DNA of 64,000 bases from positions 19,220,001 through 19,284,000 of the forward strand of contig JAQFVV010000003.1 of the NCBI GenBank assembly GCA_028023455.1, read 5' to 3'. How positions within the stretch are numbered: the stretch's first letter is position 1; every line of letters begins with the position of its first letter. Of this stretch, positions 38,993 through 53,349 are shown one piece after another. The stretch is from Epiperipatus broadwayi (lineage: Eukaryota; Animalia; Onychophora). A program made the translations under genes and the position numbers. Below the pieces are notes generated by a model. It ran no database searches and had not been told where the DNA came from. It saw only the letters and a program-made list of their open reading frames with translations.

Positions 38993-40489
38993 GAATGTAT
39001 AATAATTAATCACCATTATATTTATTAATTTTACAATATTTTTTAATTAATGGACTTTTTTTTTTTGTATTATATAAAGTTACAATTTTCATGAGTAAAA
39101 GATATAAACATATATTTTGGATTTGCCTGAATCTTGATGACAAGCCTTTCAGGCAATTAAGAATATCCAGCAACTCTGCAATATCCCTGAATAGTCTCTA
39201 TTATCCAGAAGATTACTGGTGGAATTCAGTCAAAATATTGGTAGAGTAGTAATATTAACAATAGGCAGATAGATGCACACACAGATAAATCTAAGACACA
39301 TGCTCACATATGTATTTAATTGATGATGACCAATAAGTACAGTCAAAACATTTCTATGCAAACTAAAAAACAAATGTATGTAGAAGAGTTGGAAGTTACT
39401 TATGGCAGAATATTTTGAAAAAAAAAAACAAAAAAAACAGGTGAAAATACATTATTAAAATTGTATTGACTTGAAAAAAATTTTAAGCAAAGAAGTTTAT
39501 TTTGTGCAACGAACACAACTAGGTAAAAAAGATTGAAGTATAGTTTTCTTGCATCAATAATCATCAAAAAGTTGGATTTTTAAGATTTATAAAAAAATGG
39601 AAAAGACAAGCTTAATGATTAAATGCTGTGATCTATTGGACAACTCCAAAACCAGAATATAAAAACATCATATACACCAAAACTCTAGATGGCACCAGTG
39701 TCAGACTTTAAAGTACAATACTGAATAGATAAGAATAGATATGTCAGTTTGTCAGATTTTAATGCTTAATGTTGAATATATAAGATCAAAAATATAGAAA
39801 TACTCTATATTGTGTATGTTTTTCAAGTAGACTAACCAAAGATATATAATAAAAAAAACATACAGGATTAGAGAAAGGGGGGGAAAAGATGAATATTTAA
39901 AAATGTTGAGATGTTCTGAGTCATATTACATGTAATGACTTGATATTGCTATGACGTTACATAAAATATTATGATATAAATCACACATTGTCAAATTTAT
40001 TATTATTTTTGCATACAATTATAAAGAATTATGAATGTTTAAATAAGAGATTTTTGAGGATGATGTACGTGAAATTTCTTTCAGCAAAAAAATTAATGAT
40101 GGCAAATAAATAAAATAACAAAGCTGTCTAATTTTATAATCAGAGCAATAAAATCCATAATAATTAACATTATACTTTTGACACTAATACAATAATTGTG
40201 TGTATTCTACATCAAAACAATATCACATAAATCGCATATCAATCCTTTTTTAGCATCAATAGATGATATCTACTATCTATTAAAGCTTTTTTAGGAATAT
40301 TGTAACAAAGCAAAGCAAACAGTTTAACAACATTAGTCAAACTGAATAAGGCATTCTGCAATTGTTGTTCTACCAAATATTTTCTTCCTAAATAGGAAAA
40401 AACTGGCCAGTCAGAGAATCAATGGATATGAGATATGAATAGAAATGTCAACTTGTAATTTCTAAGCTTCTAATGTCATACAAATAAGG

Positions 40490-40560
40490 GCTCATGGCAT
40501 AGTGATTATAATATCTGCTTGCTATGCCCATGACCTGGATTTGAATCTGGCATGTGTAGA
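40490..40560 (+). mobile_element. Degenerate tRNA-derived SINE head
   Basis: TGGCATAGTG (A-box-like) and GATTTGAATC (B-box-like); a related reverse copy lies near 43855-43915. Confidence 0.4.
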
Positions 40561-43500
40561 ATTATATTTTCCAAATTCCAAGTGGGCTTGCATTTTTTTT
40601 ATTTCAGATAGATGGCTACATACATTCCTGCAAGACATTTTTAATTAGGCAAAAAATGGACATCCTAGGATAGAAAACCTAAAAAAGCTTACTATTCTGC
40701 AATTGGTAAAACTACCTTCTTGTTCAGTTTAGCATACAAATTTAGCCATATTGTTATTGCAATGAAAACCAGTTTTTTTTAAATAAAGAAAATTACAAAT
40801 AATATAAATATCCATTTATTTAATAAATAAGTTCGTTTGAAGTGTAAAGCCTAAACAAATCAAAGAAATGTCTAAATGTTCAATTTAATGCATAGAAAAA
40901 TATCTCCTCAAACAGTTATAATCTTAGATTCTTTGACAAGAGATTTTCAAAATTTATTAGAAAACTTATTAAACATTTAAATATGTGGATGTCCACAACA
41001 CACACACACATTGTTATTTACCTCATCAGTAGAATTATCTTAAGCAAGATACTTATTTCCATACATGTGTAAATTAATTATCATATATGAAGGAATAGTA
41101 AGCCAGTAACTATGTCAACTGAGTTCAAATCTTTGATATCTAATAATCCTCACATTATCAAAATCTCATAAATTTTACTTTATAATTCTTCATTGTAAAT
41201 CATTTGAAATAATATTCAGTTTTTTATATATATCTGACAATAAATAGTGAAAGTTCTATTTATTGTTTTCAGTAATGTTAATTTTTGAACAAATGTTGTA
41301 TTAAGTAAATCTAATGCTACTACTTAGAACTACATTAGAGTTGTGTTGTTCCAAAGATCAATATTAGATTTGTTTAGTATATTAATTTTAAGATTCAGTA
41401 TTATTGAAAACAATAAATAAAATTTCGATTATTATTACACATCAATATATTTATAAATATTAAGTATAACCAAAGACTCACTTTCTGTAGGAATGCAACA
41501 CCTGGTAAAAACCACATCATGTTAGCTATCTGATTAGATACCTAACAGGTGGCTATATTAGCCACTATACCTTGAGAGAGTTCATATGTATATATATACA
41601 TTTTTATTAGTTGTATTACTATAACCATTAAATTATCAAATTAATTTCAATCTCTTTTCTTAATATTGTCAATCATTTCTCCCTGATCCCAATACTTCCG
41701 TAATTCTAATTTTCAATTTATTTCTAATTTTCTAAAAAGTCTTTACTGAATGAAATGTCTTCAAATATTTTAAAGACTTCCATAAGTAAATAAATTATCA
41801 AATGGTTTATTGCTCAGGAGTTCCCAAGAAGTCTGAGTACTGGAAGTGAGAGGTGGAATTGTGATTCATAAATTACAGGCTCCAAACATTGCTACTTGAT
41901 TATTACACTAAACCAAACAGGGCAAACCCCCTTATAACGCCTCACTCAAATGAAATTCAATAACCTAAATTACCCTTTTTTTTTAAAAAAAAAAAAACAA
42001 CCTATTTAATTGGGGATATATTTAGAAAGTTTTTGACAATTAGTACAATAACACCACACACACATATATGCAATATAATTTTTAGTTAGAAATCCAATCA
42101 CGATCTTACGAAGAAAGCAACCAATCAAGATTAGCTTTCTGTGGTTGAGGAAGAGAATACCCATCAGCACTAAGGTACAATCAAAAGATTCAGAAAACTA
42201 CTCTTATTAAATATTTCCATGCATGCATTTACATGTATATAAACTTTAATGGGTACTTTAGTATTGTTGTCATGAACAATATTTATCATCTTTTTAAACT
42301 AATAATTGTTTCTAATATTTATAATTAAATTAATAACATAATTTTCCGTTTTTTTTAAAACTTACTGTGCTCAATCATTTAGGTTAGTACAAGGTCTGAT
42401 CATCATTGATTGGGCAATCCTCTTCACTAACTATGATAGTGGGATTATGTGCCATCTTTCAATTACATACACTTTGATTTTTAATTTTTCGCCTTTTTTT
42501 TGGTTATTTTTTTTCTTCTGGAATTAGAATGTCCATAAACAATGCTAACTTAAATGGCTGTGAATTAAATTTATTTTTTCATAGTTATCAATTTTGTAAC
42601 AAATTAAACAATTAAAAAACTAAATGAATTAACAATTATCTTATAAAACCATTATTTATTAATATCCTTTAAACATAATTGCAAATATTTATACATATAT
42701 GAAATAATTTCCTCTCTATAGCAATAAATGGCAAACATAACCAACTATATATTATGCTGTAATGTAATCTTAAATAGTTCAATCCTTAGGCAAGGATCCA
42801 AAGACATTTAAACACTTGATTATTGAATGCTGGTTACTAAGTGATTTTATATTTTCCTTTCTTATCTTATATTCATAGTAACAACATATAGTTATCCATT
42901 TTCCAATCAATACGTGGAAAACCAGGTGGAATGATTTCAAACTTGCTAACTCAAAAAGTTTCCACACTTCTTCCAGATGCAAAACTCACATCATAAACAG
43001 AACATATAACACCTTTACAATATATATATATAACTATAGATATATATATACACACACACAAATGTTTTAGTTGCTTAGACATTTATAAAAAATTTAAAAT
43101 CATTTCTAGTTAATATATATATTTGCTAAGTTTTCTGTTCAAAAAACCAATTAATATTTTTGACTATTATTAGCAGTAATTTGATAATTATTGTCACTGT
43201 TATTTATGTATAAATGATAAGAATTTATGATTTATGGAAACTTGTCTCAATGCTATCTGTTCAATGCTGATAGTATGTAAAGATAAACGTTAAATTAATG
43301 CTTATAAATGCATATAAACAATCCAATTAATTACAATAATTAAAATTACTATAAAAGAAAAGCTCCAGAATTCTCATATTTATGATTCTGAGCATCAAAG
43401 TACTTTTTATAGAACTAAACATAAACTATGAAGTTTATGTAATAAAATAATCGTATGATTAAAGAAGCATAGTTAAGGATTAATCCATTAGACTTGAGCT

Positions 43501-46500
43501 CTTTGTAAAGTACATCATTCAAGAGATAAGACATTTACATGATATATAATTACTAAAAAGTCAACTGTGAAGAGATCATTTTAATGCTAAAAATATCATA
43601 AATATTAAAAACTGAAGAAACATTTATAATAAATAATCCACTGCAGGGCAAAAATATCTCTAAAAGCCCATCATACAGGAAGTGTGAAGGAGAAGGCAGT
43701 ATTCATCAGCATACCATGGTTTTCTATCCTTGTTTTACACTCTAGGTAAGGACAATTAAATAACCATTTATCATTCAATGTTAGATATCTATTGACCAAT
43801 TATCTGAGAAAAAAATCCCAAATCCCTTTAAAAAAAAAAATCATTTAGTTTGAATTTTAATCCCAGGTCATAGGCATGGCAGATGAACATGTGACTTCTG
43901 CACCGTCAAGACCTCATATACAGCATATAAAGCACATTATTTTATATGTATAATAATAGAAAATAAAGCAATAGATTATTGATAAATGATAAGCTTAATA
44001 TATATATTTTTAAAATGATCACTTAACCGTGAAACCCAAAGCATAGTAAAACAGCCATTTTAGATCTTCTAAGAATATATCTTTTATTGATTAATGATAT
44101 TAACTAAACACAGATACCCAAACAAGTAATAATATTGTTCAATGAGGCAGCTATATAATATTGGAGATTAAAGGCTCAAATCTTCATCTCTTCTATAATC
44201 CATTTTGTTGTGCAATATATTAGTATATATCAATTTACAAAGTGATTTATAAATTTTAGAAAAAAAAAAAATTGCACTTGAAATCTTGGACTTCCCTTAA
44301 TGTGAATTCCTTATTTCAGTTTTATATAATTAGTTTTATAAATGCTACATCTACTTCTCTCAGAAGAAAAAAAAATAGTTATATATATACACAGTACTTT
44401 TTCTTATAGATACAGATTATCTTCCTCATTACTAAAACTATACAGTATTTATTTTTGTATATATTAACTAATTTTTTTTTTAAAAAAAAGATATCTAACA
44501 ATATCCTACAAAATCTCTTAAAAATAAATGAAACACATATTCTAAAGTTGAAGTATTGTTTTATTATTAACACAGTTTAATTTTCGACTAGAATAATAAA
44601 AACAAACAAAAGTTTAATAAAATGGTATCACAGATACAAATTCTTATAGTAAGGTAGCTTAGCTAATAAGTCCGCTCACCCACAACATTTTTTTTTGAGA
44701 TGTGTTTCTAATAAATTTATGTATCTTTTTTAAAAAAATTTTTTTTAGAGCCCTTTATTCCTGAGGGCTGCATGTGTGGAGGTCTTGTAGTTCTATTATT
44801 CTATAACATTGAATTCATAGTTGAATACTATATATTCAACCATTTGTAACACTAACACTCTATACTTCTAAAACTAATGTACATAAAAAATACTACATGA
44901 AAAAATTTGAAAATATTTTACATTTGGAAAAAGATAAAAACCAACAAACATTTAATAAATATTTTTTTAAAATATATTTAAACAATTCTTAGATTGTAAA
45001 TAATAATAATTTCTATTATAGTATAAAGTGAGTGATAATTTATATCTGAAATAATAAAATTATATATATATATTAATTGCTTTTTTTTTTTTTATATATC
45101 ACTTTTTTTCTCTCTTTTTCTTCTTCTTTTTTAATAGAGATTTATATTATTTTATATAACATGTAATAAAAATATATTTTCTACAACCTGTAACGTGCAA
45201 GCTAAACAATTCTGTACATGGTTCACAAATAAAATAGTTATAAAAAAAGTAAAATAAATTATAAAGCCATGCAATTGATTACAAATAAACAAACAAAAAG
45301 TGTAAAATGCTTTTTATGATGCTCTTGGACCAACCTATAATTTTTGCCTGCTTGCCTTCGGTTTGAATTTCTAGAATAAACAATAACAATTTTTAGTCTT
45401 AATCAATTTATACCACATAAGTAAAACTTGAATATTTTAAAATATGAAGTCTAACATTAACGATAAGCATCATTTTTTCCTATTTTAGTCATTTCTTTTG
45501 TACCAGTTTCAATTTTTGCAATAAATAATAACATAAAAAAAAACAGCTTCAGTTCCGCAAGGCACCACCATAATGGCATAATCAAAGGAAGGCATTTGGT
45601 GATACATCTTGATATTTTTTTAAATATCTTTATAATTTTTACACCAAATTTTTATTATGTAGATGTTATCCTTGAACAAATTACTTTTCTATAGATGGCA
45701 GTAAAGTAGTTAAAACTTTTTATGCTTTAAATTCTTTAAACTGATGTAGTAAATTCTTAAAATAATCACTAGAAGAACTTTTGCTACTAAATCATTGATG
45801 TCGTTTTAACTTCTAAAAATCGGTGTTTGAAATCAAAAATTTTTCTTTAAAAATTTTTCTTCTATATATAAAACAACACATTCTTAAGATGTTTTCAAAC
45901 AATCCAGATTTTGAAGATAGAAATTTGAAGTTTTTTATGATAAAAATAAATTATCTCCATGTGCTTGAAATCTTTGTTCCATTTCCATTTTTAAATACAT
46001 TTTTCAATAAAATACAATCAATGAGATTCTTTAAAAAATTTGAAAGTGGCTCTATCTAGTGACTGTTTTGAAGATAAATAACGCAGACAATGAGATTCTA
46101 TAGCCACCTAAAAAAAAAAAATGCATATTACAATGGTTATTATTGTGTTTGAGTCTTAAAAAACTAATTATACAAAAAAAAAAAAAAACTACAACATTAA
46201 CTTAATAACCAATACCATAAATTATTATATATTTACTACACAACTAGGGATATACATAATTGGTTAATCTTAGTTTTAAATGATTATTTTTAGTACCAAC
46301 AACAAATATCACACAACTTTCTCACTTAAAAATGACAAATATTATTGTAAATATGATAAATATAACATAAGAAAACATTAAGTGCAAACACGAATTCACT
46401 ATTAATGGCAGCTGACAGTTAACCTAAATAGGAAATATGTATTTAAAAAAATGTAATTACCCCAACAGTTATCCAATTTTTCTTGAATTGCATTTAATTT

Positions 46501-47279
46501 AAAGTTTATTTAATTTCTAAGAAGGAAGGTGATGAGATACTAAAAGGATAGATTGCAGTAATTCTATTCTGCTAAATACCATCTAGAATATTGGTTTCCA
46601 AATTACAACCAGTGAACATATTTTTCAATTCCTTTTTTTTGAAAAGTTTAACTTTTCTATACAATATCATTATGTTGATAAATTTAAAAATATTAACAGT
46701 ATTGTTTTGTAGCATCAGTAGCAAACAAAAAGTTAATTCCTTTGAAATTTGAATGTATTTATCTTCCATTTTATATTACTTCCAATAATGATAAAATAGT
46801 TTAAAATTTGACTATTGAGAATTTTTCCTAAAGAAGTTATGAGGACAAAACAAGTTATATGTCCCATCAATCATTTTATTATCCAGATGTGGTTTGCTTC
46901 TCACAAAGCTATGATAATTGGTCTAAAAATATCATTTTTCTTACGACTGAAAGAGATTAAAAGTGTAAACTTGATTAAAAATAAAGCAGCCAAGATATTA
47001 CTTACTGATCTCTACAATACTGTTTATTGAGAATACAATTATCCAAGTTTATCAAAGATAAAGTAAAATGATAGTGCCTAAAACGCTTCAATGATTTCAA
47101 TGTCTGATCACATGATAGGAATCTATAAAAAAGTCAAATGAATATCATCATAGGTCATGTAATTCAAAATCTTTTGATATTGTCTTTGTTTAGTAGATTT
47201 GAAAACAATAAGGACATTTTAAATATCATACAAAATGGCTTTTCATTAAGGTTTCTTTGCATAAAAGCTATATGCCTAC

Positions 47280-48159
47280 TGCTAAATGTGTGTGTATACA
47301 CAAAATAAGTATTATTAGTTAAATGATATTATAATTGTAAAATTAAATATATTGCTAAATGTGTGTATATATTTATATATACACAAAATAAGTATTATTA
47401 GTTAAATGATATTATAACTGTAAAACTAGATGTATGTGCATGGATGCCAATGGCATTCACAATATTTTATAAAAGCAATTAGTCTAATTAAATAGTTGAA
47501 TTAATGGAAAAACTATAAACTAACTTATCAATAAAGTTAGATGAATTCGAGAAAAGCATTAAGATAAAGTAAACAAAGCCATAGCAACCCTTAATGTTTA
47601 GTTTCTGATCAGATTTAATGATAATAGGAACATTGCTTAAAATAGACAATTCTACGATAATTGCGTTATTTGATCAGGAATCGAATATGGTAACTCTAGA
47701 GATGACCACCATGTGGGCAGCAGATGGCCAATCAAGGGAGTCAACCCTAAAAACAATGAGAGTAGAAAAAGATCTAGAACAGAACTGAGAGTGGACACTT
47801 GCTAAGTGAAGCTTCTGAAAGGCACATATGCCATTTCGTCAGGTGTCCCAGTCAGCTCCCTCCTTCACTTTAGCATTGCGGAGTTTATCTCTGGACGTGT
47901 AAAAGTAAACTTAAGGACAGTATAACAGGTCGTATTGATCTTATTATTATTTTGGTATGCCTTTGGGCCCTTATTGTATTTATATAGCATGTATATAATT
48001 GTCATATATATATATATTAAACTAAATTGATTATCTCCATATAACTCTGTAAAAGAAACTCATTTTAAATTACTTGCAGAGTCACCACATTAATTAGTAA
48101 TTATTTGTGTTATTTATATTTGCAATCCAGCAGGCAGTAGAGTGCCACTGGACACAGAA
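47280..48159 (+). mobile_element. Solo LTR of a subfamily related to the 8380-13731 Gypsy
   Basis: Colinear with the LTRs (tagagatgaccacc, ggacacttgctaagt, tataacaggtc, tgcaatccag); near-TSD CCTAC/TCTAC; about 73-bp duplication at the 5' end. Confidence 0.88.
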
Positions 48160-48654
48160 TCTACAAATTCTGCTGGGATGCAGTAAAACATAGTTTCTCC
48201 TTTTATCAAAGTCAAGAATCTCTGAATCAATAAATATAAAAAAACTTGTTAGCTATTATATTTCTCTTAATCATTTTTAAACCTATGCAGCTGCTAAATT
48301 TGGTTTATTTTATTTTTTATTCCTTTCCATAATATTATTTTTGTCATATTCATATCATTATTCAACTAGATTATAAAACACCAAAACCTACTTTTTTTTT
48401 TATAATTATTTCATTTATATTTATTTTTTCCATAAATTTATTATTTTATCCTTTCAAATTATTAAGTGAATATATTCTAGCAAAAAGTGATTAATATTTT
48501 TTAACATTTTCTTTATATAGTTTACAAAACAAATTCCCCAAATTATTCTATTTGTAAATATATTCTTCTGTTGCCAATATTCAAACTTTAACGACTATCT
48601 TACTTTTATTATTATTATTATTATCAAAAAATATCTTGAACCTTATAATCTACT

Positions 48655-50400
48655 TATTTACCATCATCACCATTTTCAATGATTATAAATAATTGCAGGA
48701 TGAATGACTCTTCCAAGTTTCATCCAGAGTCTCCAATCTACACCAGCTAACTTCCTTTTTCAACCGACCATCACACATGATCTCTTTCTAGGTTTTTTTA
48801 TAATCTCTTGAGATCCCATTTAAGACTTCAACTGTCCATCTATTACCACCTCTTCAAGCAAGACATCCATCCCAGATCCATTTCAATCTCTTTAATTCGT
48901 TCAATGTGTCAATAATACCTGTTTGTTCTCTCACCCATGCATTTAATTTTTGATCCCTTCTTATTACTTGTAACATAGATTTCTCACACTTCATTGAGTG
49001 ATGTGAAGTCTCTGTATTGTTTTTGTTACGTGTTAAAAGTCTTCAAACATATAGGCATATTTATTTGTTACGTGTTAGAAGTCTTCAAACATATAGGCAT
49101 ATTTATTTTTAATATTAAATTATTTCTATCAAAAACACTCCATCTAAGTTTAATTCTATGATTAATTTCATCCATTATGTTTACTTCTTTTAAATCATCA
49201 ATTTTAATTTTTTTCCTTCGAGAAAATCCATTGACCATTACTTGTCATTTTAACAATTATCTTTTAATTCTATTTTCTTACTTTTATCTAAAAAATCTTG
49301 CAACATTTCCTGAAACATTATTTGCTAAAACAATCAGATCATCTGAAAATCTAGATGACTTAAATAATCTTCATTTACTTTGCTGTAATAAGTTTTGGAG
49401 ACATGCGAACACTTTGTCATATACACTTCTCAATGTTAATCTTCGTAGTATCACTATGTAGTCTAATAACTGATGTTGGATTTTGATATTCTTCAGAATA
49501 TAGCAATATCCTGAGTCTATATCTTGATAATCCAATGTTTTAATCAGTAGAGAAATGCATATAGAATCAAATGCCTTTTCATAATCTACGAATTCAAAGC
49601 ATAATGGTTACTCATATTTATTAATTTCTCTATAACTTCAGTCAATAATTGGATGTGATTCACTATTTTAAAATCACTTTTAAATCCAGCTTGTACTTTG
49701 GTTTAGCTAAAATCCAAAATTTGCTGGAGACAAGTTGTAATTATCTTGGTAAAAAAAAATTGTAAAGAACTGATAAAAGAGAATAGGTCAGCAATTTCTA
49801 ATATCTCCTTTAGCACCTGTCATAAATATCAATATTACAATTGCATTTTTCCTATCATCTGACACATCTTTATCATTCAGATATTTAGTATATAACCTTT
49901 GCCAACAATTTTTCTATTTCTCCATCTGCTTTTAAGATATCAATTATAATTCCATCATTTCCTGAAGCTTTCCCTTTTTACATAAATTTACTTGCATGTT
50001 TACTCCATTTAAAATGCTGGGTGATTCAGAAGGTGAAATAACTATAGAAGAAATTTTGTTTTATTGTTCTTTATTACTAAATAATTCTTTATAGAACTCT
50101 TCAAACATTTTATGACATTATCTCTCTTCTTAATAATAGTTCTATTTTTTCTTTTTTGCAGTAATAAGTTTCCTATCAATATCAAGATGATGTTTTACTC
50201 TTAAGACTTTAATTCTCTTCTGTAGCTTTCCTTGCAAATTTAAAATTATATTTTCTTGTATCGTTAACTCTTTTGTGTATCATTTTGCAGAAGTATAGAT
50301 ATTCAATTCATCTTTATGGATTTTTATATATTTTCATTTCTTTTTTTCTTTATACATTGTCATTTCATTAGGTAGTTTATTTATTCCAGTTATTATTCGT
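48655..50400 (-). mobile_element. Older decayed RTE-clade LINE, copy 3
   Basis: Reverse complement aligns with the RT and 3' half of copy 2, including the TGA-type tail at about 48660. Confidence 0.85.
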
Positions 50401-50406
50401 CTATCA

Positions 50407-50690
50407 CAAGAGTTCTCAAAGTGGTCGATATCGACCCCCTGGGGTCAAAAGTTTTAAATAAAGAAATTTGGGAGTCAACAGCAGCAAAAATAGACACCCT
50501 TACTATTGCTATTTGTTTGTTACTTCAAAATATCTATGATTCCAGTAGGTATCTAATTAAGAAGTAAAAGAATTTAAAAAAAAAACCCACTTCTTTGATA
50601 AAAACACATTACATACCAAACTTGCAAACAAAAAGGTAAAAGGTGTCATTAAAAGAGTCGCACATAGATGGCGCCAACTGGCTACAAGAA
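50407..50690. mobile_element. Left end of a hAT (Buster-type) MITE, truncated by the adjacent LINE
   Basis: CAAGAGTTCTCAAAGTG TIR-like start, flank GTCTATCA with central TA, internal palindrome GTCGATATCGAC; no right TIR found. Confidence 0.55.
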
Positions 50691-50699
50691 AATATCATG

Positions 50700-53349
50700 A
50701 GGTAGAGAGAATCTTAAATAGATACGTAATGGATATAGAAAAGTTGTTAGATGTGAAGGAAGTAGTGATAGAAAACATGAAAGCAGTTAGTAATGGGAAT
50801 ATTAGGTTCACAAAAAATGAATTGAATGAGGCAGGGAAGATATTGAAAAGAGGAAAGGCGAGAGGTTTAGATGGATGGGCAGCAGAGATGGTAATGAATT
50901 TAGGGCATAGAGCAAAAGCAAAGTTATTATCATGTTTTAATAAGATGGCACAGAAGACAGTTTTTCCGGTTAGTTGGAGTAATACAAGAATAAGATTAAT
51001 ATTTAAATGAAAGGGTAAGGATCATAGAAAGTTAAATAATTATAGACCGATAGCGGTGACATCAGTTTTATATAAAGTTTTCTCATATATGGTAGCTGAA
51101 AGAGTTGTAAAATGGATGGAGAGAATAATGTAGTGGGGGAAATACAAGGAGGTTTTAGGTCAGATAGGCATATAGGAGATAGTTTGTTTGTAGTTACACA
51201 ACTTATGGAGATGAGTAGAAATTCAGGTAGATCATTATATATGAGTTTTATAGATATAGAGAAAGCATATGATAGAGTAAATAGAAATAGATTATGGGTA
51301 AGGTTAGCCAATTTGGGAATGGATGAAGCTTTAGTAAATATTACTAAGAAATTATATGAATATAATTATTATACTTACCAGTTAGGGGATATAGAATCAG
51401 TTAAAGTTAAAAATGGGGTGGGATTAAGGCAAGGATGCCCTATGTCACCTATTTTGTTTTTGTTGTTTTTGAGTGAAATGGAGAAAGCAATAGAAAGACT
51501 AGGAAGAGGGATAGAGATACCATTAATAGGTGGCAAGGGAGTATATATTTTGTCGGGTCTTTTTTTTTTTTGCAGATGATATCTTTTTGTGTGCAGAAAG
51601 AAGAGAAGATATGGAAATTATGTTGAGGACATGTGCAAGGGTGGGTAAAGAGATGGGGTTTAAATTTAGTGAAGAAAAATCAAATATAATGATGGTTAAT
51701 ACTGGGGAAAGAGAAGATGTAGAATTTTTATTGGGAGATATAAAGTTAAGTGTGGTGGATAGATATAGGTATTTGGGAATCATCTTATGTAATCAGGAAA
51801 AGTGTTTGGATGAATGGGAGAAAAAATTGGTAAATGAAGCAAAGAAAAGAAAGGGTCTGGTAAAGAAACTAACAGTATTTTCATATAATAAATATGATGT
51901 AGCTAGAATTGTATGGAAGGGAGTTGCAGTAGCAGGGTTAACATATGGTAATGATGCATTATGTGTTAGTAAAAGGTTTTAGATTATTTAGAGAAAGTAC
52001 AAAGGGAAGTAGGAAGACATGCATTAGATGCAGAAATGTAGACAGCAAAGGAGACAATTCAAGGAGAAATGGGATGGTCAAGATTTTATATGAGAGATGC
52101 AAAAAGTAAAATGAAAATGTTTGGTAGGTTGCAGCTTATAGATAGTAAAAGAGTAGCAAAAATAGTGTTCAATTGGGTTACGAGTAAAGGGCAGGAAACA
52201 AGATGGGTGAGAAAGGTAATGCGGTATGCAAAAGATTTGAATAAAGAATTTATATCAGTATACTTGTATAAAAGGTGGGATGATTGTGTTAGGAGGATTG
52301 TTGAGTGTTATAGTGGTAAGGAATGGGATAAAAGAATAGAAGCATTAATAAAAAATAGGGAGTTGGAGAACTAGTATGGAGGGTAAGAAGAGTTTAAATA
52401 TATATAGAAGTAAACGGAATATTGGATGCGAGTTAATTTATGATAATGGTAAGGAAAGTAGTTTATTATTTAAGGCTCGAACGGGATCTTTAGCAACAAG
52501 TGAATATACATGTAAATAGAAAACTATGGATGATTTAGTGTGCAAATTGTGTAAGGAAGGTATAGAAAATATTAGGCATCTGTTGATTGAATGTAAATGT
52601 TTGAAAGCACAAAGGGTACAGATAATGAAGTTATGGGAGAATAGACATGAACAAAGTGACTATACAGAAAGTGAGTTATTAGTTTTTATGTTGGGTTGCG
52701 AAGAGATAAGGGGGATTTAGACATAAAGGCCATAGAGTTGACAAAGATTATGTTGTGGAAATGAGATGGGGCAGAATATGGGAAGACTTAAGAGTGGGGA
52801 ATGGAAAATAAAGTGGCTAACAGGTTTATCTGGGCATAATTGCTGAGATATTCTTGACTTCGTTTAAGGAGAAGCCGTAGTACATCACATCACATACAGA
52901 TTTATCTGGGCATAATTTCTGAGATATTCTTGACTTCGTTTAAGGAGAAGCCAAAATACATCACATCACATAAATGGAAAAATATGGGTGATTTATTTTG
53001 TAAATTATGTAAGGAAGGAATAGAAAATATTAGGCATTTGTTAATTGAATGTAAATGCTTGAAAACAGAAAGGGTACATATAATGAAGTTATGGAATAAT
53101 AAATATGAAAAAAGTGATTATACAGAAAGTGAATTATTGGTTTTTATGCTGGGTTTGGGAAAAAATAAAGATTTAGATATAAAGGCTATAGAGTTGACAA
53201 AGATTATGTTGTGGAAATGGGATGGAGCAGAATATGGAAAATTTAGAGTGGGGAATGGAAAATAAAGTGGCTAACAGGTTTATCTGGGCATAATTGCTGA
53301 GATATTCTTGACTTCGTTTAAGGAGAAGCCACAATACATCACATCACAC
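50700..53349 (+). mobile_element. 5'-truncated decayed non-LTR retrotransposon (RT plus C-terminal CCHC finger; clade uncertain, RTEX/L2-like) with three stacked 3' ends
   Basis: KARGLDG, YRPIAV, QGGFR, FIDIEKAYDRV, GLRQGCPMSPILF, FADDI, YRYLG, GEMGW, CKLCKEGIENIRHLLIEC; (ACATC)n tails end at 52897, 52971 and 53349. Confidence 0.88.

Noticed and set aside
40330-40390. Possible minus-strand exon (KKIFGRTTIAECLIQFD*)
   Set aside because: Too short and unrecognised; could be chance.
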